64,000 bases of DNA from an uncultured Gemmatimonadaceae bacterium (lineage in GTDB: Bacteria > Gemmatimonadota > Gemmatimonadetes > Gemmatimonadales > Gemmatimonadaceae). The translations under genes were made by a program, and so were the position numbers. Shown here in pieces: positions 22,302-31,958 of the stretch (position 1 is the first letter of the stretch; every line of letters begins with the position of its first letter). Under the pieces are notes generated by a model that had not been told where the DNA came from, searched no databases, and saw nothing but the letters and a program-made list of their open reading frames with translations. The DNA lies in the NCBI GenBank assembly GCA_963843845.1, contig CAWJMB010000002.1:2016001-2080000 (forward strand), read 5' to 3'.

Positions 22302-23588
22302 TCAGTCCCCCGCCTCGCCCACGGCCTGCAAACGTCGCGTACTGATCGCGCGCAGCTCGGCGAGCTGCCGATCGGACATGCGGCCGTACGCGGGGCTGAT
22401 GAGACGCCCGCGATCGAGCACGAAGAACACGAGCGCGAGCATCACGACGTTCAGCAAGAACAACGACCCGGAGAACACCCAACCACGCTGGTAGCCGAGG
22501 CTCTGGAGCGCGAGCACGGCCCCAGCCACCACGATGATGTACGTGAGCGCGAGCGGGAGCATGAACTTCCAGCCTAACGACATCAGTTGGTCGTACCGGA
22601 AGCGCGGCAGCGTCCACCGCACCCAGATGTAGAAGAAGCAGAAGAACCCGGTCTTCAGCAGGAACGACGCGAGCGTGGCGAGCGTCTTCCACACGCTGTA
22701 CGGCGCCGCATTGTCCCACGTCAGGAACGGGATGTCCCATCCGCCGAAGAACAGCGTCGTCATGAGCGCACTCGCCGTCACCATGTTCGAGTACTCGGCG
22801 ATGAAGAACATCGAGAACTTCATCCCGCTGTACTCCGTGTGGTAGCCGGCGACGAGCTCGCTCTCCGCCTCCGGCAGATCGAACGGCAGCCGATTCGTCT
22901 CGGCGAACGCGGCGACGAGGAAGATGAAGAAGGAGACGGTGAGCAACACGATGTTCCACCCGTCGCGCTGCTGCTGGGCGATGACGTCCTTGAGGGCGAC
23001 GTTCCCGACGAGGAGCAGGATCGGAATCGTCGACATCCCCATCGCGATCTCGTACGACACCATCTGCGCGCTCGAGCGGAGACCGCCCAACAGCGCGTAC
23101 TTGCTGTTCGACGCCCACCCGGCGAGCACGATCCCGTAGACCCCCAGCGACGCGACGGCGAGGATGTAGAGAAAGCCGACGGGGATGTCCGCGACGACCA
23201 TCGGCACGAGTCCCCACGGCGTCGGGAGCGGCGCAGCGAAGGGGATCACCGCGAACGTCATGAGCGCAGGAATGAAGGCCATCGCCGGCGCGAGGATGAA
23301 CAGCGGGGTGTTCGCCGCGTCCGGATACGTCTCCTCCTTCATGAAATTCTTGACGCCGTCTGCCGCGGGCTGCAGCACGCCACCGATCCCGACGCGGTTC
23401 GGCCCGAGGCGATGCTGAATCCACGCCGAGATCTTCCGCTCCGCGAGCGTCAGATACGCGACGACGACGAGCAGTACGGTGAACACGGCGAGCATCTTGA
23501 CGACGCTCGACACGAAGAACGAGCCATTCCCCTCCGGCACCACCTGCGGGTCGAACGCCTGCAACAGCATGAGGGTCGGCACCATCAT
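22302..23588 (-). CDS. nuoH: NADH:quinone oxidoreductase subunit H
   Basis: ERKISAWIQHRLGPNRVG, AETNRLPFDLPEAESELVAG, PRFRYDQLM. Confidence 0.97.
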   Translation of the reverse strand: MMVPTLMLLQAFDPQVVPEGNGSFFVSSVVKMLAVFTVLLVVVAYLTLAERKISAWIQHRLGPNRVGIGGVLQPAADGVKNFMKEETYPDAANTPLFILAPAMAFIPALMTFAVIPFAAPLPTPWGLVPMVVADIPVGFLYILAVASLGVYGIVLAGWASNSKYALLGGLRSSAQMVSYEIAMGMSTIPILLLVGNVALKDVIAQQQRDGWNIVLLTVSFFIFLVAAFAETNRLPFDLPEAESELVAGYHTEYSGMKFSMFFIAEYSNMVTASALMTTLFFGGWDIPFLTWDNAAPYSVWKTLATLASFLLKTGFFCFFYIWVRWTLPRFRYDQLMSLGWKFMLPLALTYIIVVAGAVLALQSLGYQRGWVFSGSLFLLNVVMLALVFFVLDRGRLISPAYGRMSDRQLAELRAISTRRLQAVGEAGD

Positions 23589-25174
23589 GCGCTGACCTCC
23601 GTGAGCGCCGGCTGCGCCGCGAACCGCGCAGCGTCCGCGATCGGCGCTCCCCTGAGTCCCAGCGTGTCGTACGTCATCCCTGCGAAGCTCGGGTGCGCCA
23701 CCGCCAGAGCGGCGAATGCGTCCCGGGCCGAGTAGAAGCCGTCGCCTTCGCCGAGTGCAGCGAGCAGGTCCCCCAACACGTACCACGCCGGCCGCGCGAG
23801 TCCGGGGCCCGCCTTGGCCTGCGTGTAGCGCTGCACACGCCCGCGCACGTTCGTGAAGGTTCCCTCTTCCTCCGTCATGTTCGTCGTCGGCAGAACGACG
23901 TCGGCGCTCGCCGCCCACTGCGGCTGCACCGTGCCGACGACGATGATCGTCACCCCGTTCGGCACCACGACGTCGCGCGTCCGGAGCTCCTCGTCGGCGA
24001 CGAGCAGCACGTCACCCCACGTGAGACCGCCTAACGGATCGTCACTCCGATCGAAGCCGAACAGCTCGGCGCCGACGACGTTGGCGGCGCGCTCGGCACG
24101 CAGCGCGAGATCGGGGACGCCTGGCAGCGGGGCTTCCTCGCCGGTCCGGACGGTGAAGGTGCCACGCCCACCGACGCGCGCCGCGATGCGCGCGACGAGA
24201 TGCAGCGCCTCGTTCGACAGCATCGGCGAGACCAGCGCGCGGACCGGCCGGCCGCTCTGGAGGATCGACGCCGCCGCCTGCAGTGCGAGCTCCCAATCGA
24301 CCGAGGCGAGCGCACCGTTCACTCGCGCATACGGCAGCTCGATCCGGTCGCGCCGCTCGAGCCAGCGGTAGTCGAGTCGCCCCTCGTCACACAGAAAGTA
24401 CTTGTTGACGTCGTCGTTCGGCCGCGGCCGCATCCGCACCACGGTGCCGTCACGCGTCTCCACGATGCTGTTGCACCCCTGTGTGCAGTTCGGGCACACC
24501 GACGCCGCGCGATCCAGCTCCCACGCGCGCGCTTTGTTCAGGAAATCCTTCGACAGCAGCGCGCCGACCGGGCACAGATCGATGACGTTCCCCGCCCACG
24601 CGTGGGTCAGATCGTCCTCGACGTGCTTGCCGATCGTGGCGCGGTCGCCGCGCTCGCTGACGTTCAGGACCGGCTCCTCCGCGAGCGTGTCCATGAACCG
24701 CACGCAACGCGTGCAGAGGATGCAGCGGTTGGTGACGTACACGACGTCACCACCGAAGTCCTCGACGGGATTGAACCGCTTCGGCTCCTCGTACCGCGAC
24801 TCGGCGCGCCCTTCCTGGAACGTGTAATCCTGCAGCTCGCACTCGCCGGCCTGATCGCAGATCGGGCAGTCGAGCGGATGGTTGATGAGCAGCAGTTCGA
24901 GGACGCCCTTCCGCGCCTCGAGCGCCTTCGCCGTGTGTACGTGCACGACCTGCCCGTCGGCGACCGACGTCGCGCACGACGGCGCGAGCTTCGGGAACTT
25001 CTCGACCTCGACGAGGCACATGCGGCACACCCCCGCGACGGGCAGGCCGGGGTGATAGCAGTAGTGGGGGATGAGAATCCCCGCTGCCTTCGCCGCCTCG
25101 AGAATGCTCGTGCCCTCGGGCACCGTCACGGCGCGCCCTTCGATCGTCAGCGTGACCTGCTTCGCGTCTGCCAT
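23585..25174 (-). CDS. nuoG: NADH:quinone oxidoreductase subunit G (short, about 530 aa)
   Basis: CYHPGL...CRMCLVE, HPLDCPICDQAGEC, CILCTRC, CPNCTQGC...C. Confidence 0.93.
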   Translation of the reverse strand: MADAKQVTLTIEGRAVTVPEGTSILEAAKAAGILIPHYCYHPGLPVAGVCRMCLVEVEKFPKLAPSCATSVADGQVVHVHTAKALEARKGVLELLLINHPLDCPICDQAGECELQDYTFQEGRAESRYEEPKRFNPVEDFGGDVVYVTNRCILCTRCVRFMDTLAEEPVLNVSERGDRATIGKHVEDDLTHAWAGNVIDLCPVGALLSKDFLNKARAWELDRAASVCPNCTQGCNSIVETRDGTVVRMRPRPNDDVNKYFLCDEGRLDYRWLERRDRIELPYARVNGALASVDWELALQAAASILQSGRPVRALVSPMLSNEALHLVARIAARVGGRGTFTVRTGEEAPLPGVPDLALRAERAANVVGAELFGFDRSDDPLGGLTWGDVLLVADEELRTRDVVVPNGVTIIVVGTVQPQWAASADVVLPTTNMTEEEGTFTNVRGRVQRYTQAKAGPGLARPAWYVLGDLLAALGEGDGFYSARDAFAALAVAHPSFAGMTYDTLGLRGAPIADAARFAAQPALTEVSA

Positions 25175-25190
25175 ATGGTGTCGAGGGCGA

Positions 25191-26546
25191 TCAGACCACC
25201 GTCGGGGCGGCGGCGAGGCGTGCCGCGCCGGCCACGTTGCCACCCGCCATGCTCACGACGTTCGGCGACGACCGCAGCTTCGCCTCGAACTCGTGACGGA
25301 ACTTCTGGATCCCGGACACGACCGGCGTGGCGCACGAGTCGCTCAGTACGCAGATCGTCTTCCCCGTCATGTTCTCCGCGATCGACAGCAGCGTGTCGAG
25401 ATCGCGCGCATGCCCGTTGCCGCCGGCGATCCGCTCGAGAATCTTCGTCGTCCACGCCGTCCCCTCGCGGCACTGCGTGCACTGCGCGCAGCTCTCGTGG
25501 GCGTAGAATCGACAGAGCCGCGCGATCTGACGCACCATGTCCTGGCGGTCGTCGAACACGATCACGCCACCGGAGCCGAGCATCGAGCCGGCCGCGATGA
25601 AGCCTTCGTAGTCCATGATCGCGCCGCGTGACTCCTCGGCCGTCAGGATCGGCACCGACGAACCGCCGGGGATCGTCGCCTTGATCTCGCGACCGTTCGG
25701 CGCGCCGCCGCACACGTCCCACAGGAACTCGCCGAACGGGAATCCGAGCGTGACCTCGTAATTCCCCGGCCGCGCGACGTTGCCGCACACCGAGAACAGC
25801 TTCGTCCCCACGCTCTTCGGGTTGTCCGGCCGACCGAACTGCTTGTACCACTCCGCGCCGTTGTTCAGAATGTGCGGCACGGCGGCGAGCGTCTCGACGT
25901 TGTTGATCGTCGTCGGCTTCCCGAACAGGCCTGCGACGGCCGGAAACGGGGGCTTGATGCGCGGATTGCCGCGGCGCCCTTCGAGCGAGTTCATGAGCGC
26001 CGTCTCCTCGCCACAGATGTAGGCGCCCGCGCCCTGATGCACGTGGACGTGCAGCGTCTTGCCGGTGCCCATCACGTTCGTGCCGAGGATGCCGGCCGCG
26101 TACGCCTCCTGGACCGCCGCACGCACCTGCTCCAGCGGCTCCGTGAACTCGCCGCGGATGTAGATGTACGCGGTGTCGGCGTAGATCGCGTAGGCGCCTA
26201 ACGCGCACCCTTCGACGAGCGCGTGCGGCGTCCACCGCATGATCTCGCGGTCCTTGAACGTGCCGGGCTCCGACTCGTCCGCGTTGCAGCAGAGGTAGTG
26301 CTGCTTGCCGTCGGGCTTCATGAAGCTCCACTTCACGCCCGTCGGAAAGCCTGCGCCGCCGCGCCCGCGGAGTCCGCTGTCTTTCACCACGTTCTGGATC
26401 TCGACCGGATCCATGCCTAACGCTTTCTCGAGTGCGACGTACCCGCCGCGCTCGCGCCAGCCGGCGAGTGAACGCGCCGCCGGGTCGCCGAAGTGCTTCG
26501 AGAGGACCGGCGTCTCGCGCGGGTGGCTCGGGTGCGGATAGCCCAT
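25191..26546 (-). CDS. nuoF: NADH:quinone oxidoreductase subunit F
   Basis: SGLRGRGGAGFPTG, NADESEPGTFKD, GAGAYICGEE, ESCAQCTQCREG. Confidence 0.97.
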   Translation of the reverse strand: MGYPHPSHPRETPVLSKHFGDPAARSLAGWRERGGYVALEKALGMDPVEIQNVVKDSGLRGRGGAGFPTGVKWSFMKPDGKQHYLCCNADESEPGTFKDREIMRWTPHALVEGCALGAYAIYADTAYIYIRGEFTEPLEQVRAAVQEAYAAGILGTNVMGTGKTLHVHVHQGAGAYICGEETALMNSLEGRRGNPRIKPPFPAVAGLFGKPTTINNVETLAAVPHILNNGAEWYKQFGRPDNPKSVGTKLFSVCGNVARPGNYEVTLGFPFGEFLWDVCGGAPNGREIKATIPGGSSVPILTAEESRGAIMDYEGFIAAGSMLGSGGVIVFDDRQDMVRQIARLCRFYAHESCAQCTQCREGTAWTTKILERIAGGNGHARDLDTLLSIAENMTGKTICVLSDSCATPVVSGIQKFRHEFEAKLRSSPNVVSMAGGNVAGAARLAAAPTVV

Positions 26547-26557
26547 GCGCGTGGCGC

Positions 26558-27112
26558 TCAGCCTAACGACGCGAGAATTTCGGGAACGCGCTCCGGCGTC
26601 ACCGACTCGATGAACTGCTCGTTGATCATGATCGGTGTCGCGAAGCCGCACGCGCCGAGGCACTCGACTTCGATGACAGTGAAGCGCCCGTCGTCCGACG
26701 TCACGCCGAGCTCCCCGCAGGCGGTCTCACGCAGGAACGCGTTCGCGACGTCCTCCGCCCCGCAGACGTGGCACGGCGTGGTGGTGCACACTTGGATGAA
26801 GTGCCGACCGACCGGGTGCTGGTGGTACATCGTGTAGAACGTCACGACACCCTTCACGTACGCCGGCGTCAGCTCGAGTCGCTCGGCGACCTCGGCCATC
26901 GCGGCGTCGCTCACCCAGCCACGCACGCGCTGCACGATCCACAGCGCCGGGAGCAGCCCGGCCATCTTCGTCGGGTAGCGCGTGAGCAGCTCGTCGAGCT
27001 CCGCGCGCTCGGCACTTCCGGCGACGAACACGGGCGCGTACGGCTCGTCGTGGCCGTGCCCGCCGGCGGCCGCTGACGGCGCGAGTCTCGGCGTCGAAGG
27101 CCCGTGGCTCAC
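26558..27112 (-). CDS. nuoE: NADH:quinone oxidoreductase subunit E
   Basis: VVTFYTMY, VCTTTPC, VECLGACG; GTG start overlaps the nuoD stop. Confidence 0.95.
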   Translation of the reverse strand: MSHGPSTPRLAPSAAAGGHGHDEPYAPVFVAGSAERAELDELLTRYPTKMAGLLPALWIVQRVRGWVSDAAMAEVAERLELTPAYVKGVVTFYTMYHQHPVGRHFIQVCTTTPCHVCGAEDVANAFLRETACGELGVTSDDGRFTVIEVECLGACGFATPIMINEQFIESVTPERVPEILASLG

Positions 27113-28419
27113 CGGTCGATCTCCCCCATCACGATGTCGATGCTCGCGTTGATCGCGATCACGTCGCTCAGCAAATGCCCCTCGACCATCTTCGGAATCG
27201 CCGAGAGGTTGACGAACGCCGGCGGGCGGATGCGCCAGCGCACCGGCTTCGACGTGCCGTCCGAGACCATGTAATAGCCCTTCTCCCCCTTCGGGCTCTC
27301 GACCGGCACGTACGCCTCGCCCACCGGCGGACGCGGCCCCTCCATCACGACCTTGAAGTGATGGATCATACTCTCCATCTCGCTCGTCGCCTTGTGCTTC
27401 GGCGGCAGAATGACTCGCGGGTCGTCGACGTTCACCGGTCCGTCCGGCAGGCGGTCGAGCGCCTGGCGCAGGATGCGGAGACTCTGCCGCATCTCTTCGA
27501 GGCGTACGAGATACCGATCGTACACGTCGCCCGCCGATCCGACGGGGACGTCGAAGTCGTACGTCTCGTAGTCGAGATACGGGAAATCCTTTCGCACGTC
27601 GTAATCGACACCAGACGCGCGCACCATCGGCCCGGACAACCCGTAGTTGACTGCCTCGTCGGCCGACATGACGCCGAGTCCGACCGTACGGCCGACCCAG
27701 ATGCCGTTCTTCGTCAGCATCCGATCCGCGTTGTCGAGCGTCTTCGGGAAGGTGGCGAGGAACTCCTCGAGCATCCCCGTCCAACCCGTCGGCAGGTCCG
27801 CGCCCATCCCACCGACGCGGGTGAGGCTCGTCGTGAGGCGCGCGCCGATCCACGCCTCGAACATGTTGTAGATCCGCTCCCGTTCCTGGAACAGCCAGAG
27901 GAACGGCGTGAAGGCGCCGATGTCGATGCCCGTCGTCCCCATCCACACGATGTGGGACATGATCCGCGACAGCTCCATCGCGATCACGCGCAGCACGGTA
28001 CACCGCGGCGTGATCTCGATCCCGAACAGCCGCTCGGCGCCTAACGCGAACGCGCAGTTGTTGCCGGGGCTGTTGAGGTAGTCCTCACGGTCGGTCCACG
28101 GGATGATCTGGTTGTACTGACGATACTCGCCGATCTTCTCGAAGCCGCAGTGCAGATAGCCCACGTGCGGCACGCAGCGCACGACGGTCTCGCCGTCGAG
28201 CTCCAGCACGAGCCGGAGCACGCCATGCGTCGCGGGGTGCTGCGGGCCGATGTTGATGAGCATGTGCTCACCGGCCAGCTCGGGTTCCACCCCCGGCGGC
28301 GCGTCGAGCGTCATGACGTTGCCGCCCTCGTCGGCGAAGAGCGGCGTGCGCTGCGGGCGTCCGTCCGGCCCGATGCCGCTCGTCGACAGTGCGACCTCGA
28401 CCGTGCGATTCGTCGCCAT
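27109..28419 (-). CDS. nuoD: NADH:quinone oxidoreductase subunit D
   Basis: NIGPQHPATHGVLRL, ESPKGE, DIVMGEIDR. Confidence 0.97.
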   Translation of the reverse strand: MATNRTVEVALSTSGIGPDGRPQRTPLFADEGGNVMTLDAPPGVEPELAGEHMLINIGPQHPATHGVLRLVLELDGETVVRCVPHVGYLHCGFEKIGEYRQYNQIIPWTDREDYLNSPGNNCAFALGAERLFGIEITPRCTVLRVIAMELSRIMSHIVWMGTTGIDIGAFTPFLWLFQERERIYNMFEAWIGARLTTSLTRVGGMGADLPTGWTGMLEEFLATFPKTLDNADRMLTKNGIWVGRTVGLGVMSADEAVNYGLSGPMVRASGVDYDVRKDFPYLDYETYDFDVPVGSAGDVYDRYLVRLEEMRQSLRILRQALDRLPDGPVNVDDPRVILPPKHKATSEMESMIHHFKVVMEGPRPPVGEAYVPVESPKGEKGYYMVSDGTSKPVRWRIRPPAFVNLSAIPKMVEGHLLSDVIAINASIDIVMGEIDR

Positions 28420-28422
28420 GCG

Positions 28423-29121
28423 TTACTCCCCCGTACGCTCGCCGCGATCGAGCCGCCGTTGCATCTCGACTGGCAGCTCGCCGAACGCCTCCGCGATGGA
28501 GATCTCCTCCATCGAGTAGCGCGCCTCAGGATTCTGCGACAGCGTCTGCCGCAACTGCTCGGCGCGGCTGAAACGGCCGCGCAGCGGGAAGTCCTTCCGC
28601 AAGGGATGCCCTTCGCGATACTGCTCCCACATCAGGATGCGGCGGAGGTCGGGGTGCCCGTCGAACGTGACGCCGAACATGTCGTAGCACTCGCGCTCCA
28701 GCCAGTCCGCCGCCTTGTAGACCGGCCAGATACTCGGCACCGCGAGGGGCGCGCTTTTCGGCAGCAGCGCTTTCAGCCGTAGAAAGCGACGATGCGGGAG
28801 CGAGCGCAAATGCCAGACGACTTCGAGCGGCTGCTCGAGGTCCCGGAACTCGACCGCGGTCACGTCCACGAGGTAGTCGTAGCGCTGAGTCGGGTCGTCG
28901 TGCAGCCAGCGCACGATGTCGAGCACGCTCGCGGCATCGACGACCACGGTCGTCTCCCCCCAGGTCACGTCGCTGCGGCGGACGGCGGTGCCGAACTTCG
29001 CGTGCAGCGCCGCAGCCGAGGGATTCGGCTCGCCGCCACGGTGCGGCAGGCCACGCGGCGTCCGCGGCGCCGATCCAGACGCCGCAGAGCCAGCGGTGTA
29101 CACGGAGGTCAGAGCGGCCAC
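28423..29121 (-). CDS. nuoC: NADH:quinone oxidoreductase subunit C
   Basis: ADWLERECYDMFG...GHPDLRRIL...GHPLRKDFP. Confidence 0.96.
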   Translation of the reverse strand: MAALTSVYTAGSAASGSAPRTPRGLPHRGGEPNPSAAALHAKFGTAVRRSDVTWGETTVVVDAASVLDIVRWLHDDPTQRYDYLVDVTAVEFRDLEQPLEVVWHLRSLPHRRFLRLKALLPKSAPLAVPSIWPVYKAADWLERECYDMFGVTFDGHPDLRRILMWEQYREGHPLRKDFPLRGRFSRAEQLRQTLSQNPEARYSMEEISIAEAFGELPVEMQRRLDRGERTGE

Positions 29122-29137
29122 GGTCGTCAGGGCGGGC

Positions 29138-29776
29138 TCAGAGACCCGAGCGGGTCTGGTGCACCGAGTTCCCGAAGGGCTCCGAGATCTCGTCGATCGC
29201 CGACGGTGGAATGTAGAGATGGCTCGTCGGATCCGGCTCGATCTCGCGGCGCAGCTCGCCTTCCGCCATGCGCTCGTTCATGACCTTCTTCTGGAGCATC
29301 ATGATGCCGTACATCAGCGCCTCGGGCCGCGGGGGGCAGCCCGGAACGTACACGTCCACAGGGATGATGTTGTCGATCCCCTGCACGACGGCGTAGTTGT
29401 CGAACATGCCGCCCGTCGAGGCGCACGCGCCCATCGAGATGACCCATTTCGGTTGGGGCATCTGCATGTAGATGCGCCGGATCACGGGGGCGAGCTTGAG
29501 CGGGACGCGACCGGCGCAGATCAGCACGTCCGCCTGACGGGGCGAGACGGCCAGGCGCTCCATGCCGAAACGAGCGAGGTCGAAGCGGCTCGCTGCCGTG
29601 GCCATGAACTCGATCGCGCAACAGGCGGTGCCGAAGGGCATCGGCCACAGGGAGTTCGCCCGTCCCCAGTTGACCAGGAAATCGAGCCGCGTCGCGATCC
29701 AGCTCTCGTCCGCGTCCGGGCCGGTCGCCAGCGGCCGGGCCCCCACGGGCGGATCCGTGCGCGCAATCAATCCCAC
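29138..29776 (-). CDS. nuoB: NADH:quinone oxidoreductase subunit B
   Basis: [33 protein letters not shown]. Confidence 0.97.
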   Translation of the reverse strand: MGLIARTDPPVGARPLATGPDADESWIATRLDFLVNWGRANSLWPMPFGTACCAIEFMATAASRFDLARFGMERLAVSPRQADVLICAGRVPLKLAPVIRRIYMQMPQPKWVISMGACASTGGMFDNYAVVQGIDNIIPVDVYVPGCPPRPEALMYGIMMLQKKVMNERMAEGELRREIEPDPTSHLYIPPSAIDEISEPFGNSVHQTRSGL

Positions 29777-30171
29777 TGCAATGCCCCCCGCTTCCACACG
29801 TACACGAAGCCGATCACGAGGATCAACATGAACACCAGCATCTCCATCAGTCCGAACAACGACACTGACCCCGCCGGGCACCCCGTCGCGCCTAACGGCG
29901 ACGCGCACGAGAGCTGCTTGAACGCGACCCCCCACGGGATCATGAAGACGGTCTCGATGTCGAAGATGATGAAGAGCATCGCGACCATGTAGAACTTGAC
30001 CGAGAACCGCTCGCGCGCGTCGCCGAGCGGCGTCATGCCCGACTCGTACGGCTGCTGCTTCATCGGCGTCGGACGGGCGCGCACCGTCAGCGCCGAGAGT
30101 CCGATGATGAGGACGGCATTGGCCGTGACGAAGCCGAGGAGCAGCAGGATCGGCAGATAGGAGCGCGACAT
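29767..30171 (-). CDS. nuoA: NADH:quinone oxidoreductase subunit A
   Basis: [33 protein letters not shown]. Confidence 0.96.
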   Translation of the reverse strand: MSRSYLPILLLLGFVTANAVLIIGLSALTVRARPTPMKQQPYESGMTPLGDARERFSVKFYMVAMLFIIFDIETVFMIPWGVAFKQLSCASPLGATGCPAGSVSLFGLMEMLVFMLILVIGFVYVWKRGALQWD

Positions 30172-30204
30172 GACGTGAGCGGAGCGCGCGAGGCGAGACG
30201 GCCC

Positions 30205-30226
30205 GCTCGTGAAATTTTTCACGAGC
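30205..30226. promoter_or_regulatory. Palindromic operator resembling a Rex box in the nuoA leader
   Basis: Perfect inverted repeat gctcgtgaaa-tt-tttcacgagc; core TCGTGAA-ATTT-TTCACGA versus the Rex consensus TTGTGAA-N4-TTCACAA. Confidence 0.6.
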
Positions 30227-30239
30227 CTGGCTTCCGCGG

Positions 30240-30268
30240 AAGGTAACGCGCGTTTCACGGCGATTCAA
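30240..30268 (-). promoter_or_regulatory. Sigma70-type promoter of the nuo operon
   Basis: TTGAAT-N17-TACCTT. Confidence 0.6.
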
Positions 30269-30281
30269 CAGCCGCTACATT
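30253..30281 (+). promoter_or_regulatory. Candidate dcd promoter, overlapping the divergent nuo promoter
   Basis: TTTCAC-N17-TACATT. Confidence 0.4.
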
Positions 30282-30338
30282 GCGCGCCGCAGCGTCGAGA
30301 CGATGCGTCTCCCCCTCTCCACACACCGTCACGTCGAC

Positions 30339-30893
30339 ATGGCGATTCAGGCCGACCGTTGGATCAAGCGCATGGCACTCGAGCACGGCATGATCGAGCC
30401 GTTCGAGGACCGGCAGGTGCGCCACGGTGTCATCTCCTACGGCGTCAGCTCGTACGGGTACGACATGCGCGTCGCGCGCGAGTACAAGATCTTCACGAAC
30501 GTGTTGAGCTCGGTCGTCGACCCCAAGGCGTTCGACCCGAAGTCGTTCGTCGAGTTCGAAGGCGACGTCTGCATCGTGCCGCCGAACTCGTTCGCGCTCG
30601 CCCGCTCGGTCGAGTACTTCCGCATTCCGCGCGACGTCGTGACGATCTGCGTCGGGAAGAGCACGTACGCGCGGTGCGGCATCATCACGAACGTGACGCC
30701 GTTCGAGCCCGAGTGGGAAGGCTTCGTCACGCTCGAGATCTCGAACACCACGCCACTCCCCGCGCGCATCTACTCGAACGAGGGAATCGCCCAGGTGCTG
30801 TTCTTCCGCGGCGAGGAAGAGCCCGAGGTGTCGTACCGCGACAAGGCTGGCAAGTACCAGGGTCAGACCGGCGTCACGCTGCCGAAGCTCTGA
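30339..30893 (+). CDS. dcd: dCTP deaminase
   Basis: [32 protein letters not shown]. Confidence 0.96.
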   Translation: MAIQADRWIKRMALEHGMIEPFEDRQVRHGVISYGVSSYGYDMRVAREYKIFTNVLSSVVDPKAFDPKSFVEFEGDVCIVPPNSFALARSVEYFRIPRDVVTICVGKSTYARCGIITNVTPFEPEWEGFVTLEISNTTPLPARIYSNEGIAQVLFFRGEEEPEVSYRDKAGKYQGQTGVTLPKL

Positions 30894-30908
30894 CCGCGTG
30901 ACGTGAAA

Positions 30909-30937
30909 CGAGCGACGACGCTATGCGTCGTCGCTCG
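30909..30937. terminator. Hairpin between convergent dcd and sdh/ORF68, probably a bidirectional terminator
   Basis: cgagcgacgacg pairs with cgtcgtcgctcg (12 bp), followed by TTT on the minus strand. Confidence 0.5.
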
Positions 30938-31127
30938 CGGTGCCGCGCCGCTCGGGCGGCTGCACGCCCTCGGCGGCCGTGCCCTGGTCTTTGACTTCGG
31001 AAGGCGGAAGCTGCGCTCGGTCGTCCGTCCCCTTCCCGACCGTGTACGTCGTCTTCTGCGTCGCATCGGCGCCGCCGGTGACGGGCGGTTCACTGAAGCT
31101 GTTGTTCGGATCGCTCGACTTCTGCAT
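30921..31127 (-). CDS. Small hydrophilic hypothetical protein (68 aa)
   Basis: ATG preceded by GGAGAG; fills the gap after sdhB; no recognisable motif. Confidence 0.5.
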   Translation of the reverse strand: MQKSSDPNNSFSEPPVTGGADATQKTTYTVGKGTDDRAQLPPSEVKDQGTAAEGVQPPERRGTASDDA

Positions 31128-31184
31128 GGACTCTCCGGGCGTGAGATGCCCTACGCCCGTGCAGCAACCGCGCCACCCTCGCGC

Positions 31185-31958
31185 TCACCCCGTGCCCGCG
31201 ACGGAGGCCTCCTCGCGCTTCAGCACGGCGCCCTTGAGATAATCGCGGTTCATCTCCGTGATGACGTCGATACTGATGGCTTTCGGGCACGCCTCCTGGC
31301 ACTCGCCGAACAGCGTGCATCCGCCGAATCCCTCGATGTCCATCTGCTCGACCATCGCGAGGACCCGCCGGTACCGCTCGGGCTGCCCCTGCGGCAGCAC
31401 GCCCAGGTGCGAGACCTTCGCGCCGGTGAACAGCGACGCCGACGCGTTCGGACACGCCGCGACGCAGGCGCCGCACCCGATGCATGCCGCGGCGTCCATC
31501 GCGCGGTCCGCGGCCTCCTTGCCGACCAGCACCGCGTTACCGTCCGGCGCGCCGCCCGTGTAGGCAGAGATGTACCCGCCGGCCGCGATGATGCGGTCGA
31601 GCGCGCCGCGGTTCACGCACAGGTCCTTGATGACCGGGAAGCCCTGCGCGCGCCACGGCTCGATCCACACCTCATCGCCGTCCTTGAAGGCCCGCATGTG
31701 CAGCTGGCACGTTGCCGTCGCTTTCCACGGGCCGTGCGCGATGCCGTCGATCATCATGCCGCACGAGCCGCAGATCCCTTCGCGGCAGTCGTGGTCGAAC
31801 GCGATCGGCTGGTCGCCTGTCGCGATCAGCTCCTCGTTCACGACGTCGAGCATCTCGAGGAAGCTCATGTCGGCGCTCACGTTCGGCGCCTGGTACGTCT
31901 CGAACTTCCCCTCGCTCTTCGCGCTCGCCTGTCGCCAGACGTGTAGAGTCAGCTTCAC
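31185..31958 (-). CDS. sdhB: Succinate dehydrogenase/fumarate reductase Fe-S subunit
   Basis: [33 protein letters not shown]. Confidence 0.95.
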   Translation of the reverse strand: MKLTLHVWRQASAKSEGKFETYQAPNVSADMSFLEMLDVVNEELIATGDQPIAFDHDCREGICGSCGMMIDGIAHGPWKATATCQLHMRAFKDGDEVWIEPWRAQGFPVIKDLCVNRGALDRIIAAGGYISAYTGGAPDGNAVLVGKEAADRAMDAAACIGCGACVAACPNASASLFTGAKVSHLGVLPQGQPERYRRVLAMVEQMDIEGFGGCTLFGECQEACPKAISIDVITEMNRDYLKGAVLKREEASVAGTG

